Source: Burkholderiales bacterium | GTDB lineage: Bacteria > Pseudomonadota > Gammaproteobacteria > Burkholderiales > SG8-39 | Reading direction: 5' to 3' | NCBI GenBank assembly: GCA_049582365.1 | Contig: JBAUTW010000393.1 | Span: 1-49,746 of the forward strand | Length of the DNA stretch: 49,746 nucleotides | Shown: positions 12,999 through 29,025 of the stretch, piece by piece | Layout: every line of letters begins with the position of its first letter | Position numbering within the stretch: position 1 is the stretch's first letter | Program-made: the position numbers and the translations under genes | Notes under the pieces: generated by a model | Database searches by the model: none | Seen by the model: the letters and a program-made list of their open reading frames with translations, nothing else | Told to the model about the DNA's origin: nothing

Positions 12999-14649
12999 GG
13001 GCAGGTTTATCGCGGGTGAACATCCGCTGGATCTGCCACTGTTGAAGGATGGAAAGGATGTTGTTCACCAGCCAGTACAGAACGAGTCCGGCCGGGAAGA
13101 AGAAGAAGAACACGCTGAACACGAACGGCATGAAGGTCATCACCTTCGCCTGCACCGGATCGGGGGGCTTCGGATTCATCCGCGTCTGGATCACCATGCT
13201 TATCGTCATCAGAATCGGCAGCACGTAGTAGGGATCAAGCGCCGAGAGATCCTTGATCCAGAATATGAACGGTGCATGTCGTAGTTCGATCGCCGCGAGC
13301 AACGTCCAGTAAAGGGCGATGAACACCGGTATTTGCACCAGGATGGGAAAACAGCCTCCCAGCGGGTTGATCTTCTCCGTCTTGTACAGCTCCATCATCG
13401 CCTGGTTGAGCTTCGCGCGGTCGTTGCCGTACATCTCGCGTAGCTTGGTCAAACGTGGCGTAACGAGTTTCATCTTCGCCATCGACTTATAGCTTGCGGC
13501 TGAGAGCGGGAAGAACACCAGCTTGACGGTAATCGTGAGCAGGATGATCGCGACTCCCCAGTTGCCGGTGAGGCTGTGATACTTCTCTAGCAGCCAGAAT
13601 AGCGGCCAAGCGATTATGCTGAGCCAGCCATAATCGACCACCAGATCGAATCCCGGGGCTACGGCCTTGAGTCTCTTCTGCTCCTGTGGTCCGGCAAACA
13701 GCGGTACGTCGACGTGGACGCTCGCGCCAGGTACCACACGCGGCGTGGAGACGATAAGTCCAGCGGCGAACAGCCCGTCGGGCAAATGCTTCAGGTAGAA
13801 CTCCCGCGGCAGCTTTCCGGTCGGTACCCAGGCTGACACGAAGTAATGCTGCACGATGCCGATCCACCCGTCGTCCGCATGCTTCGGGTATTCCGCTTTG
13901 CCCTCCTCGATGTCGGAGAAGCTGATCTTCTTGTACTTCGATTTGGCGGTGTACATTACAGGACCGAAGTAGGTCCGGGATGTATGTGTCTGACCCGGGG
14001 GATCCTTGTCATTGCGCACCAATTGGAAATAGGTGTCCGCAGTTACAGGAGACGTTCCCCGGTTCTTGATCTCAAACGCGACGTCGATCACATAGCGATT
14101 GCGATGGAAGGTGTACACCTTTTCCACCGATAGCCCGTTCGGCCCGTCGGCGGCAAGCCGCACCTCAAGCTTGTCGGCGCCGGCCACCAGCTCGCGCGGA
14201 CCCGGCAAGACGCGCCAGATCGTACGATGGTTCGGCAATCCATCACCGATAAGTCCGCTTTCGGCCTCGTAGTTGTAGCTCCGCCCGAGCAGCACGAAGT
14301 TCTTGTTTTCGTCGGCCTCCGCCTTGTGCTTAAGCAGCTCTAAGCGCTGCAGCGTGCCGCCGAGGGTGTTGATGGTAGCCACCACCAAATCGGTGCGGAC
14401 CTGCACCGTCGTTCCTTGCGCCGCCGGAGCTTCAACGCCCGGCACACCGCTGCCTCGGGCCGTGGAAAGCGAAGTGGCAGCGGAAAGGTCTTCCGGGGAG
14501 GTTCGCGGAGTCAGTGTAGGAACGCCCTGATTCTGCGCGGCTGAAGCGGTGACTTGAGGCGGAGGTTGGTTCGCCTTTTCCCACGCGTCCCACAACAGAA
14601 CTATGGAAAAGCTGAAGATTACAAGCAGAACCAGTCGTTGCGTATCCAT
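12985..14649 (-). CDS. yidC: Membrane protein insertase YidC
   Basis: 554 aa with an N-terminal TM segment, a large periplasmic domain and a C-terminal 5-TM core (FFPLSAASYKSMAKMK..., PLGGCFPILVQIPVFIALY). Conserved position. Confidence 0.93.
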   Translation of the reverse strand: MDTQRLVLLVIFSFSIVLLWDAWEKANQPPPQVTASAAQNQGVPTLTPRTSPEDLSAATSLSTARGSGVPGVEAPAAQGTTVQVRTDLVVATINTLGGTLQRLELLKHKAEADENKNFVLLGRSYNYEAESGLIGDGLPNHRTIWRVLPGPRELVAGADKLEVRLAADGPNGLSVEKVYTFHRNRYVIDVAFEIKNRGTSPVTADTYFQLVRNDKDPPGQTHTSRTYFGPVMYTAKSKYKKISFSDIEEGKAEYPKHADDGWIGIVQHYFVSAWVPTGKLPREFYLKHLPDGLFAAGLIVSTPRVVPGASVHVDVPLFAGPQEQKRLKAVAPGFDLVVDYGWLSIIAWPLFWLLEKYHSLTGNWGVAIILLTITVKLVFFPLSAASYKSMAKMKLVTPRLTKLREMYGNDRAKLNQAMMELYKTEKINPLGGCFPILVQIPVFIALYWTLLAAIELRHAPFIFWIKDLSALDPYYVLPILMTISMVIQTRMNPKPPDPVQAKVMTFMPFVFSVFFFFFPAGLVLYWLVNNILSILQQWQIQRMFTRDKPAHDKR

Positions 14650-14668
14650 GTGATGAGCGTCGTTCTAT

Positions 14669-14893
14669 TCAGCGTCGCGGCCCGGGAACCGGGTCGTGGC
14701 CGCCAGGGTTCCAGGGGCCGCAGCGGCACACACGCCTCGCAGCCAGCCATCCGCCACGCAGAGCGCCGTGGCGGGCAAGCGCTTCTTCGGCGTAATCCGA
14801 ACAACTCGGGTAGAAGCGGCACGAAGGCGGCAGCAGGGGGCTAAGAAAGTAGCGGTATCCCTTGACCGCGAGGCGCAACAGCGAGGAAATCAT
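14669..14893 (-). CDS. yidD: Membrane protein insertion efficiency factor YidD
   Basis: 74 aa containing [27 protein letters not shown] overlap with the rnpA stop. Confidence 0.9.
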   Translation of the reverse strand: MISSLLRLAVKGYRYFLSPLLPPSCRFYPSCSDYAEEALARHGALRGGWLAARRVCRCGPWNPGGHDPVPGPRR

Positions 14894-15249
14894 TGGTTCA
14901 GCCTGCTAAAAAGTTCTCGCAGTTGCAGCATCATCTGCAACGACGGCTTGGCGCCATAAGGCGGCCGCACCAGCACATCCAACGCGCCGAGGCTCTCCTG
15001 CTCAAGGCGAAAGGCCTCCCTGATGCGGCGTTTGAGGCGGTTGCGCTCAACTGCCCTGGCGGAGTGCTTGCGCGTGACCAGGATGCCGAGGCGAGGCAGC
15101 CCATCTTCGCGCCATGCCAGATAGAACGTAAAGCCACCGATAGTTCGACGCTTGCCCTGTCGCAGCAGGCCAACAAACACAGTGCTCTGCGTCAGGCGCC
15201 TCTCGGGTCCGAGTCCGTACCGCCGTGCCCGCTTACGTCCGCCGAGCAC
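14890..15249 (-). CDS. rnpA: Ribonuclease P protein component
   Basis: C-terminal part of track ORF 14890..15645 (...[27 protein letters not shown]...). Start set at the in-frame GTG at 15249, just downstream of the rpmH stop, giving 119 aa. The exact start is uncertain. Confidence 0.8.
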   Translation of the reverse strand: MLGGRKRARRYGLGPERRLTQSTVFVGLLRQGKRRTIGGFTFYLAWREDGLPRLGILVTRKHSARAVERNRLKRRIREAFRLEQESLGALDVLVRPPYGAKPSLQMMLQLRELFSRLNQ

Positions 15250-15263
15250 GCCCGAGGGGGATC

Positions 15264-15398
15264 CTACAACCCCAGGCGCTTGCGACCACGCGCCCGACGC
15301 GCACGCAGCACCGCGCGCCCACCAACCGTGCGACTCCGGACGAGGAACCCGTGACGGCGCGCGCGGCGCGTCTTGGACGGCTGATAAGTACGCTTCAT
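15264..15398 (-). CDS. rpmH: 50S ribosomal protein L34
   Basis: Not in the ORF track. Hand translation gives [44 protein letters not shown] (44 aa). Confidence 0.93.
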   Translation of the reverse strand: MKRTYQPSKTRRARRHGFLVRSRTVGGRAVLRARRARGRKRLGL

Positions 15399-15481
15399 CG
15401 CTGCACCAATCCGAAAAAAGGCGGGTATTAGAGCGCGCGCATGTACGCATTGTCAAATTACCCTCTTTACAACCACATCCC

Positions 15482-15490
15482 TGTGGATAA
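15482..15490. promoter_or_regulatory. Perfect DnaA box (TGTGGATAA = TTATCCACA)
   Basis: Exact 9/9 match, 101 bp upstream of the dnaA ATG. It faces a weaker inverted half (AACCACA at 15471-15477), giving CCACA-tccc-TGTGG. Confidence 0.75.
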
Positions 15491-15590
15491 CTCTTCACGA
15501 AAAAGGTAAGATTGCGTCTTCGACGGCGAGCCTCTCGCGCTTGCCTCGGAGCCCGCTGCAACGAGCGCGAAAAACGAGGCCGACAACACA

Positions 15591-16922
15591 ATGCAGAACC
15601 TGTGGGACGTCTGCCTGCGGCGACTGGAGCAGGAGCTCCCCGCACAACAATTTAACACCTGGATCCGGCCGCTTTCGCCAGAGGGGGCGGCGGAATCAGA
15701 CACGCTGACCTTGGCAGCCCCGAATAGATTTGTACTCGAACTTGTCCGAGAGCGCTTTGCGACGCGCATAGAGCGACTTGCCTCGGAGGCGAGCGGGCGC
15801 GACCTCGGGCTGCGATTCGTCCTCGCGCGTGGTGTCGATCCGGCCACTCGCCCCGCGCCGACGGCTGCGCGCGACAGTTCCGATGCGCCAACCATCCTAG
15901 AACGCGCCCGCCTAAATCGTGGTTTTACCTTTGACAGCTTTGTCACAGGCAAGGCGAACCAACTCGCGCGTGCTGCGGCGATTCAGGTTGCCGAGAATCC
16001 TGGAATTTCCTACAACCCCCTATTCATCTACGGCGGCGTCGGCCTCGGCAAGACACACTTGCTCCAAGCCATTGGTAACCACTTGGCTGAACAGCGAGCC
16101 CAGGCACGCATTCGCTACATTCACGCCGAACAATATGTCACCGATGTGGTGCGCGCATACCAGCAGCGGTCGTTCGACGAATTCAAGCGCTACTACCATT
16201 CCCTCGACCTCCTACTTATTGACGACATCCAGTTTTTCTCCAACAAGGGGCGAACGCAGGAAGAGTTTTTCTATGCCTTCAACGCACTGGTTGAGGCGCA
16301 TAAGCAAATCGTGATTACCTGTGATACGTATCCGAAAGAAATTACCGGCATGGAGGAGCGGCTGATATCCCGCTTTGGTTGGGGCCTTACCGTTGCGATC
16401 GAGCCTCCAGAATTGGAGATGCGGGTGGCGATCGTGCTGAAGAAGGCAGAGGCCGAGTCGCTCGCGCTATCCGAGGAGATAGCCTTCTTCATCGCCAAAC
16501 ACATTCGGTCGAACGTGAGAGAGCTCGAAGGAGCGTTAAAGAAGGTACTCGCGTATTCTCGATTTACCGCTCGAGAGCTTTCACTTGACTTGGCGAAGGA
16601 AGCATTGAGGGACATCCTGAACGTGGCCAATCGGCAGATCACCGTCGAAGGAATCCAGAAGACGGTCTCCGAGTACTTTAAGATCAGAATATCCGACATG
16701 CATTCAAAGAAGCGGAGCCGAAACGTGGCCAGGCCAAGGCAAGTTGCTATGGCGCTCGCCAAGGACTTAACGCAGATGAGTCTGCCAGAGATCGGAGAAG
16801 CATTTGGCAATCGTGACCACACCACCGTACTTCACGCCTGCCGCACTATCGCAACACTGCGCAAGAAGGACTCCATCATCAATCGCGATTACCTCGTGCT
16901 TGAACAGGTACTCAAAGGATGA
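15591..16922 (+). CDS. dnaA: Chromosomal replication initiator DnaA
   Basis: 443 aa with Walker [17 protein letters not shown], Walker [10 protein letters not shown] and the C-terminal DNA-binding domain [20 protein letters not shown]. Confidence 0.96.
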   Translation: MQNLWDVCLRRLEQELPAQQFNTWIRPLSPEGAAESDTLTLAAPNRFVLELVRERFATRIERLASEASGRDLGLRFVLARGVDPATRPAPTAARDSSDAPTILERARLNRGFTFDSFVTGKANQLARAAAIQVAENPGISYNPLFIYGGVGLGKTHLLQAIGNHLAEQRAQARIRYIHAEQYVTDVVRAYQQRSFDEFKRYYHSLDLLLIDDIQFFSNKGRTQEEFFYAFNALVEAHKQIVITCDTYPKEITGMEERLISRFGWGLTVAIEPPELEMRVAIVLKKAEAESLALSEEIAFFIAKHIRSNVRELEGALKKVLAYSRFTARELSLDLAKEALRDILNVANRQITVEGIQKTVSEYFKIRISDMHSKKRSRNVARPRQVAMALAKDLTQMSLPEIGEAFGNRDHTTVLHACRTIATLRKKDSIINRDYLVLEQVLKG

Positions 16923-16950
16923 ACAAGCTGTGCATGATCGCGGTTCAAAT

Positions 16951-17017
16951 TGTGCATAAGCCGGCGAGCGAAGCAAGGAACAGAAATCTGTCCACACCGC
17001 TGCACAGGCATTCCACA
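16951..17017. promoter_or_regulatory. Cluster of degenerate DnaA-box-like 9-mers
   Basis: TGTGCATAA (16951-16959) has 1 mismatch to TGTGGATAA. CTGTCCACA (16988-16996) and CATTCCACA (17009-17017) each have 2 mismatches to TTWTNCACA. They lie in the 198-bp dnaA-dnaN spacer. Confidence 0.35.
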
Positions 17018-17120
17018 GGTTGTGCACGGCGAGAATGTTCCGCAACTATCCGTAGCCACGGGATTTTTTCGCATATCCCCAGTTGTCGGGCAACCTATTA
17101 ACTATTACTAAGGTAAGAAA

Positions 17121-23225
<6,105 letters not shown>

Positions 23226-23343
23226 GGAAGGCCGGGCAGGTCGCCGCGGGCGTCGAAAGGCGGCAGATGATAAGTGCAAACGCGCCAGGGCGGCAACCCG
23301 GGCGGTAAAGGCCGCATTGGGCCCCACCTCGCGCGCGCGAGCC

Positions 23344-23802
23344 TTAGCTCGGCAATCGCTCGTGTTGAACCGTGAACAGGTCCTCTGCGAGCAGACGGCT
23401 GGTGGGCGTTTGCTGGTTCCAGAGCACCATTAACACGATCAACTTGAGTTGCTCAAGCGACAACGCCGACCCGGTGGCAGCAAGCGCACGCTCGATGACG
23501 TGCTCGCGGACCTGTGGGCTGAGGATTCCGGATTGCTCCAGCGCAAGCAGAAAGCCGCGACATTCCGTGTCCAGCTTGGCAAGCTCTTTCGGCGCGTAAG
23601 CACGGAAGGTGTCGTGCGAGTCCGGAATCGGCGCGAAATTGCGGTGTGGGACACGAAGCACGCCTGCGAGCCAAGACAACGCTTCGCTGATGTCGGTGTC
23701 CTCGAATCCAGCAGCGGAGAGCTTCTTTGCCACCAATTCGCTGTCTTGTGCAAGGTCGGTTTGTTGGCAGTGCTCGAAGAGGTAAACGAGGATTTCATAC
23801 AT
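23344..23802 (-). CDS. smg: Smg protein (DUF494)
   Basis: 152 aa starting MYEILVYLFEHCQQ..., in the conserved position downstream of dprA. Confidence 0.88.
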   Translation of the reverse strand: MYEILVYLFEHCQQTDLAQDSELVAKKLSAAGFEDTDISEALSWLAGVLRVPHRNFAPIPDSHDTFRAYAPKELAKLDTECRGFLLALEQSGILSPQVREHVIERALAATGSALSLEQLKLIVLMVLWNQQTPTSRLLAEDLFTVQHERLPS

Positions 23803-23815
23803 ATTATTGTTCTCC

Positions 23816-24907
23816 TCAGCAGTTCAGGCGTTGATATAGCCCGCCGGGCAGCACCGATATCTGTCCGGCGAGTTCGAGCCGCAGTAGCTCCGAGGATACC
23901 TGCTCCGCGGTCAAACCTGCACGCGCGCAGAGCGAATCGACGTCTATGGGGTCGAATCCCATATGTGCGAGAAGCGGGTTATCCGTGGGCGGCTGCGTAC
24001 GCACGGAGCGAGGCGCTGCATACCCTACCGGCTGGAAGCCGCCGAGTTCGGACAGCACATCCTCTGCGGATTCCACCAGCTTGGCGCCGGATTTGATGAG
24101 CGCGTGGCATCCCTTGGACAGCGGCGAGTGAATTGACCCTGGAATAGCGAACACTTCGCGTCCCTGTTCGGCGGCGGTGCGCGCCGTGATGAGCGAGCCG
24201 GAAGCAAGAGCCGCCTCGACGACCAGACAGCCCTGCGCCAATCCGCAAATAAGGCGATTGCGGCGCGGAAAGTTGTGCGCGGCCGCCGGGGTCCCGAGCG
24301 GGAACTCGGAAAGCAGTAAACCGCGCTGTCTGATCTCGCCTGCAAGCGATGCGTTACGCGCGGGGTATGTGACATCGATGCCGGTTCCGAGCACCGCAAT
24401 CGTGGACCCGGGACCGGCCAATCCGCCGCGATGGGCCGCCGCGTCGATACCGAGCGCAAGACCAGAGATGATCGTTAGGCCCGCGTCACTGAATGCACGA
24501 GCGAAGTTTTCCGCGTTACGCTCCCCTTGAGCAGTCGCGTTCCTGCTGCCTACGACAGCCAGCGCAGGCCGAGCCAACAACTCTAGGCGGCCATGTGCAT
24601 AGAGCAGCGTTGGCGGGTCTGCAATCTCGAGCAATGGCTTTGGGTAGGCCTCGTCGGCAAGGGTAACGACTGCATGCCCCGGCTGTGCGGCCCACGTACT
24701 TGCCGCGGCGACGGCGGCAGCAACTTCGGCGGAATCGATAGCGTCAATGTCCGCGCGAGGGGCGACCCGCAAAAGTTCCGAGCGAGGACGCGCCAGCACC
24801 TGTTCAGGTAGGCCGTACTGTTTGAGCAGTAGGCGAATGGCGACGGGCCCAAGGCCTGGCGTGAGGCTGAGTCGCAGCCAACTCGCCAGCCCCGGTTCCG
24901 TCGTCAT
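23816..24907 (-). CDS. dprA: DNA processing protein DprA (Smf)
   Basis: 363 aa with a Rossmann-like DprA core: LAVVGSRNATAQGERNA...GLALGIDAAAHRG. Confidence 0.9.
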   Translation of the reverse strand: MTTEPGLASWLRLSLTPGLGPVAIRLLLKQYGLPEQVLARPRSELLRVAPRADIDAIDSAEVAAAVAAASTWAAQPGHAVVTLADEAYPKPLLEIADPPTLLYAHGRLELLARPALAVVGSRNATAQGERNAENFARAFSDAGLTIISGLALGIDAAAHRGGLAGPGSTIAVLGTGIDVTYPARNASLAGEIRQRGLLLSEFPLGTPAAAHNFPRRNRLICGLAQGCLVVEAALASGSLITARTAAEQGREVFAIPGSIHSPLSKGCHALIKSGAKLVESAEDVLSELGGFQPVGYAAPRSVRTQPPTDNPLLAHMGFDPIDVDSLCARAGLTAEQVSSELLRLELAGQISVLPGGLYQRLNC

Positions 24908-24982
24908 AGGCCTGGCAAGAGGCGGAATCGCGCCTGCATGCGCGGCTCCGATCTTTGATGCCGCCGCGCGCCAGGCCCGGGA

Positions 24983-26053
24983 TTAGGGCGTCTGCACCAC
25001 ATCCAACGGCTGGACAGGCCTCTCTATGCGCATAACTAGTGCATAAGATACGCGGTCGAACACCCGGAATACAAACACGTGGCCGTTTGGCTCGTCCGGT
25101 AGCTGGATCCGAGCGTCGGACGCGCCTGCCGGTCTGGAGGTATCAGTCACCGTCTGGCCATGGGTGTAGACGGCCAAGACCGTACCAACGTCGATGCCGT
25201 CGGACTTACCCCGATTGATCGTAATGATCGAATCCGTGCCGGTCTCGCCCACCCCCTGCACACCGCCGTAAATCGACATGACACGGCCCGTGATAAAGAC
25301 GCTGGGTGAATGCGGCGCATAATTCACGGTCTGCGGTGGGCCGGCCGGAATCAGCTTGTCGCCGACGCCGACTTCTTGCTTCACGTTTGCCAGGCGTACC
25401 GTCGTCGGCTCCCCAGATCTGGTGACCTGTGCAGTTCCAAGGAAGACAGCCTCATAGCCGAGGGTTCGATCGGTTTCCGGGTCGACCAGCGCACTTCCGG
25501 CCCGGTAGATGTTCCACGTCTTTTCTTTCGAGCTTCCAATGCCGCGGACGTAGGCCGAATTGCCGCTTTCAAGGATCACTCGGTCCTGCTGTGTCGCGAC
25601 GATGGTCGGTGCGTTCTCCAGCCCGCCAGGCTCGATCACCAACGACTGGGTAAGGAACGGTTCGATCACCGACGGCGGAATGCTCGGTATCGGCGCATCG
25701 GTGCTGCCGATCACCCTAATCCTGGGGTGTAGCGCCTCGTTGCCCGAGGTACCCAAAATCGTAAGCCGCCCGTGCAACCGGTCGAGCACAATTACGTTGC
25801 CAGGATAGATGCGATGGGGATTCTTGATTTGATCCCGGTTCAGGTTCCACAATTCTGGCCAGCGCCAAGGCGAATTGGTGAAGTGCTGCGCAATGCCCCA
25901 GAGAGTGTCGCCCGGAACGACAACGTACCGGTCCGGTGCATCCGGCTTGATTGCGCCAGAGCCCTTGGGCGCCTCGGCCGTGGCCCCGGCCGCCGCCAGG
26001 CTCCCAGCGACAAAAGCCAGCATTGTGATAGACTTACGCAAGTGACCGTACAT
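24983..26053 (-). CDS. Secreted LysM peptidoglycan-binding domain protein
   Basis: The ATG at 26053 gives the signal peptide MYGHLRKSITMLAFVAGSLAAAGATAEA. LysM motif YVVVPGDTLWGIAQHF. Divergent from def. Confidence 0.82.
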   Translation of the reverse strand: MYGHLRKSITMLAFVAGSLAAAGATAEAPKGSGAIKPDAPDRYVVVPGDTLWGIAQHFTNSPWRWPELWNLNRDQIKNPHRIYPGNVIVLDRLHGRLTILGTSGNEALHPRIRVIGSTDAPIPSIPPSVIEPFLTQSLVIEPGGLENAPTIVATQQDRVILESGNSAYVRGIGSSKEKTWNIYRAGSALVDPETDRTLGYEAVFLGTAQVTRSGEPTTVRLANVKQEVGVGDKLIPAGPPQTVNYAPHSPSVFITGRVMSIYGGVQGVGETGTDSIITINRGKSDGIDVGTVLAVYTHGQTVTDTSRPAGASDARIQLPDEPNGHVFVFRVFDRVSYALVMRIERPVQPLDVVQTP

Positions 26054-26199
26054 AGGGCCCCCGATTGTTTCTTGGCTCTTCGGGCCGGCTTGAAGTGCCG
26101 ATTGTTCACCCAAAATTGGCATAAAAGCCTATTTAGCTTACATACTGCCTGAAATTGTGCATGTAATTAATTCACACAGCAAGTGATTTCCTGATTTCA

Positions 26200-26703
26200 A
26201 TGCCCCTCTTGAACATCCTCCGATACCCCGACGCCCGTCTCCACAAGACAGCCATGCCGGTGACGGTTTTCGACGATGGCCTGAAGAGGCTGGTCCACGA
26301 CATGGCCGAGACAATGTACGCGGCCCCCGGGATCGGCCTAGCAGCCACTCAGGTCGACGTTCACAAGCAGGTAATTGTCATCGATGCGTCGGAACGGCGC
26401 GACTCGCTGATCGTGCTGGTCAATCCCGATATCGTCGAGACGACGGGCATTTCCGACATCGAGGAGGGCTGCCTTTCGGTGCCCGGAATCTACGAACTTG
26501 TCGAGCGGGCCGAGCGCGTCAAAGTGCGCGCGTATGACCAGAATGGAAATGCGCTCACGCTAGAGGCGCAGGGTCTGCTTGCGGTATGCATCCAGCACGA
26601 GATGGACCACCTGCAAGGCAAGGTCTTCGTAGAGTACCTTTCGCAGCTCAAGCAGCAGCGCATCCGCGCAAGACTGGCCAAACAGCTCAGGAAGAGCGCT
26701 TAG
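26200..26703 (+). CDS. def: Peptide deformylase
   Basis: 167 aa with motifs [17 protein letters not shown] and HEMDHL. Confidence 0.95.
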   Translation: MPLLNILRYPDARLHKTAMPVTVFDDGLKRLVHDMAETMYAAPGIGLAATQVDVHKQVIVIDASERRDSLIVLVNPDIVETTGISDIEEGCLSVPGIYELVERAERVKVRAYDQNGNALTLEAQGLLAVCIQHEMDHLQGKVFVEYLSQLKQQRIRARLAKQLRKSA

Positions 26704-26771
26704 CGAAGCGAGTGGCGGCGCCCGCGACACCGACGCTGGCACGGCAGCCGCGAGGTCGGTGAGGATCTTCC

Positions 26772-27713
26772 ATGCGCCTGGTTTTCGCAGGCACTCCGGA
26801 GTTCGCTGAGCGCTCGCTTGCTGCTCTCCTGGGTGCTGGCCACCAAGTAGCGTTAGTGCTTACGCAGCCGGATCGCCCCGCCGGACGCGGTATGCGACCC
26901 GCGCAGAGCGCCGTCAAGCGATTGGCCATGCAACAGGAAATTGAGGTATTCCAGCCCACGACGTTGAAGGATCGCGCAAGCCTGGGTCGAATCGTCAGCG
27001 TCCGTCCTGAACTGCTGGTGGTCGCAGCGTACGGCCTGATCTTGCCGCAAGCGGCGCTCAATTGTGGACCGCTAGGAGCCCTCAACGTTCATGCCTCCTT
27101 GCTTCCGCGCTGGAGGGGCGCAGCACCGATCCAGCGCGCGATCCTCGCCGGCGATCGCGAGAGCGGCATTACTATCATGAAGATGGATGCGGGCCTTGAC
27201 ACCGGACCGATGCTTGCGCAGAGCGCGATCTCGATCACCGAGGATGACGACGCGGGAACACTCCATGACCGTCTCGCCGCCCTGGGCGCGGAGATGATCG
27301 TCGCGGCACTCGCTGCAGTTGAGACCGGCCGTGCTCGCTATACGCCACAGGCCAACGCGGGCGTGACGTATGCGCGCAAGATCGACAAGCCCGAATTGAC
27401 CATCGACTGGTCGCGCTCGGCACAGGAACTTGCGCGCGCGATACGCGCATTCCGACCGACTCCGGGCGCGTCAAGCACTCTTGAAGGTGCAGGCGTAAAG
27501 ATCTGGGAGGCACGTGTCGTGCAAGGCTCAGGCGAGCCAGGGTGCGCGCTCGCGGCGGGCCCACACGGGATCGTGATTGCCTGCGGACAAGGTGCACTTG
27601 TGGTGACCCAGCTTCAGCGCGCAGGCGGGAAGCGCCTGTCGGCAGAGGAGTTTCTGCGAGGACATGCGATTGTGCCGGGCATGCGATTCGGCATGCCAGC
27701 TGAACGGGCCTAG
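26772..27713 (+). CDS. fmt: Methionyl-tRNA formyltransferase
   Basis: 313 aa starting MRLVFAGTPEFAERSL, containing NVHASLLPRWRGAAPIQRAI. Confidence 0.94.
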   Translation: MRLVFAGTPEFAERSLAALLGAGHQVALVLTQPDRPAGRGMRPAQSAVKRLAMQQEIEVFQPTTLKDRASLGRIVSVRPELLVVAAYGLILPQAALNCGPLGALNVHASLLPRWRGAAPIQRAILAGDRESGITIMKMDAGLDTGPMLAQSAISITEDDDAGTLHDRLAALGAEMIVAALAAVETGRARYTPQANAGVTYARKIDKPELTIDWSRSAQELARAIRAFRPTPGASSTLEGAGVKIWEARVVQGSGEPGCALAAGPHGIVIACGQGALVVTQLQRAGGKRLSAEEFLRGHAIVPGMRFGMPAERA

Positions 27714-27716
27714 CGC

Positions 27717-29018
27717 ATGGCGCCGAACAAGCTGGCCACGGTCGCGGGGGACGCACCATCGCTTGCCGACTCAATTGCGCAAGCTGCGCGGATTGTTGCG
27801 AGCGTCGCCGCCGGACGCAGCCTTTCGGGAGTTCTAGAGCGCGCGCCGGAGGAAGGAGACGCATCGCGAGCGTCGCTCCTGGATCTCACTCACGGGACCT
27901 TGCGCCGGTACGGCCGGGTGCAGGCGCTTTCGCGAATCCTCAGCAAACGCGGTGGAACCGATCCTGTTGTCGAGGCGCTGCTGTGGTGTGCCTTTTACGC
28001 TCTCGATTCCGGTCGGCATGCCGCGTACACGATCGTCGACCAGACAGTGCGCGCGTGCGCAACGGTGGGGCAGCACCCTGCAAAGGGCTTCGTAAATGGT
28101 GTATTGCGCACGCTGCTGCGCAAGCGCGCGGCCATCGAGGCAGAGCTCGCGTCGGATCCCGAGGCGCGCTGGCAGCATCCTGCGTGGTGGATCAGCGCGG
28201 TGCAGCGCGGTTATCCGGATGCCTGGCAAGAAGTGCTCGAGGCCGGCAATACTCATCCGCCAATGTGCCTTCGAGTGAATGTACGCCGCATCTCTACGCA
28301 AGACTACCAACTGCGGCTCCAATCGGAGGGAATCGCCGCTAGGCGCGTAGGCAGTTGTGCTTTGTTGCTGGTTAGGCCGGTGCCCGTCTCACGGCTGCCA
28401 GGGTTCGCGCAGGGGGACGTGTCGGTGCAGGACGCGGGCGCGCAGCGGGCGGCCACCTATCTCGACCTGGCCGCCGGGCAGCGCGTTCTCGATGCCTGTG
28501 CCGCTCCTGGGGGGAAAAGCGGACACATGCTCGAGATGGAGGATATTGCCCTCACCGCGTTGGATGCGGACGCCGCGCGCTGCGAGCTGATTAAGCGCAA
28601 CTTCGCGCGCTTGGGTTTCGCGGCTCGCGTGCAGGCTGCGGATTGCACTCGCCTCGAAAAGTGGTGGGACAACAGGCGGTTCGACCGCATTCTTGCAGAC
28701 GTACCCTGCTCCGCGTCTGGCGTGGCGCGCCGCCATCCGGATATCAAGTGGTTGCGTCGAGCCCTCGACCCGAGCGCATTCGCCGCCCGCCAACGCGCGA
28801 TTCTCGACGCGCTTTGGCCAGCGCTCGCCGCGGGTGGTAAATTGCTGTATGTCACCTGTTCGGTGTTCTCTGAGGAAAACGACGCCGTCGTCGAAAGCTT
28901 CGCAGCACGCATGCCGGACGCGCTTCGCCTTCCCCTGCCGCAATCCGCAGCGTCCACGCTGCTGCCTGGGCCAGAACACGACGGCTTCTATTTCGCATTG
29001 CTAGCGAAGCGGAAATAA
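27717..29018 (+). CDS. rsmB: 16S rRNA (cytosine967-C5)-methyltransferase
   Basis: 433 aa with a NusB-like N-terminus and a SAM MTase domain (DACAAPGGKS, PCSASGV). Confidence 0.9.
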   Translation: MAPNKLATVAGDAPSLADSIAQAARIVASVAAGRSLSGVLERAPEEGDASRASLLDLTHGTLRRYGRVQALSRILSKRGGTDPVVEALLWCAFYALDSGRHAAYTIVDQTVRACATVGQHPAKGFVNGVLRTLLRKRAAIEAELASDPEARWQHPAWWISAVQRGYPDAWQEVLEAGNTHPPMCLRVNVRRISTQDYQLRLQSEGIAARRVGSCALLLVRPVPVSRLPGFAQGDVSVQDAGAQRAATYLDLAAGQRVLDACAAPGGKSGHMLEMEDIALTALDADAARCELIKRNFARLGFAARVQAADCTRLEKWWDNRRFDRILADVPCSASGVARRHPDIKWLRRALDPSAFAARQRAILDALWPALAAGGKLLYVTCSVFSEENDAVVESFAARMPDALRLPLPQSAASTLLPGPEHDGFYFALLAKRK

Positions 29019-29025
29019 GAACGCG

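Noticed and set aside
15250-15645. Extension of the rnpA ORF to 251 aa
   Set aside because: The extension overlaps rpmH (a clean 44-aa L34 in another frame) and the rpmH-dnaA spacer. RnpA is about 119 aa from the GTG at 15249.
16919-17101. 60-aa ORF in the dnaA-dnaN spacer
   Set aside because: It overlaps the dnaA stop, has no Shine-Dalgarno sequence and has odd Cys/His/Arg-rich composition. The region is better explained as regulatory or origin DNA.
26156-26176. TGTGC-N11-TCACA inverted repeat in the AT-rich LysM/def divergent spacer as a CRP/FNR-type site
   Set aside because: The spacer is 11 nt rather than the 6 nt required for CRP-family sites, and the arms are only 4-5 bp. It is probably just promoter-region AT-richness.
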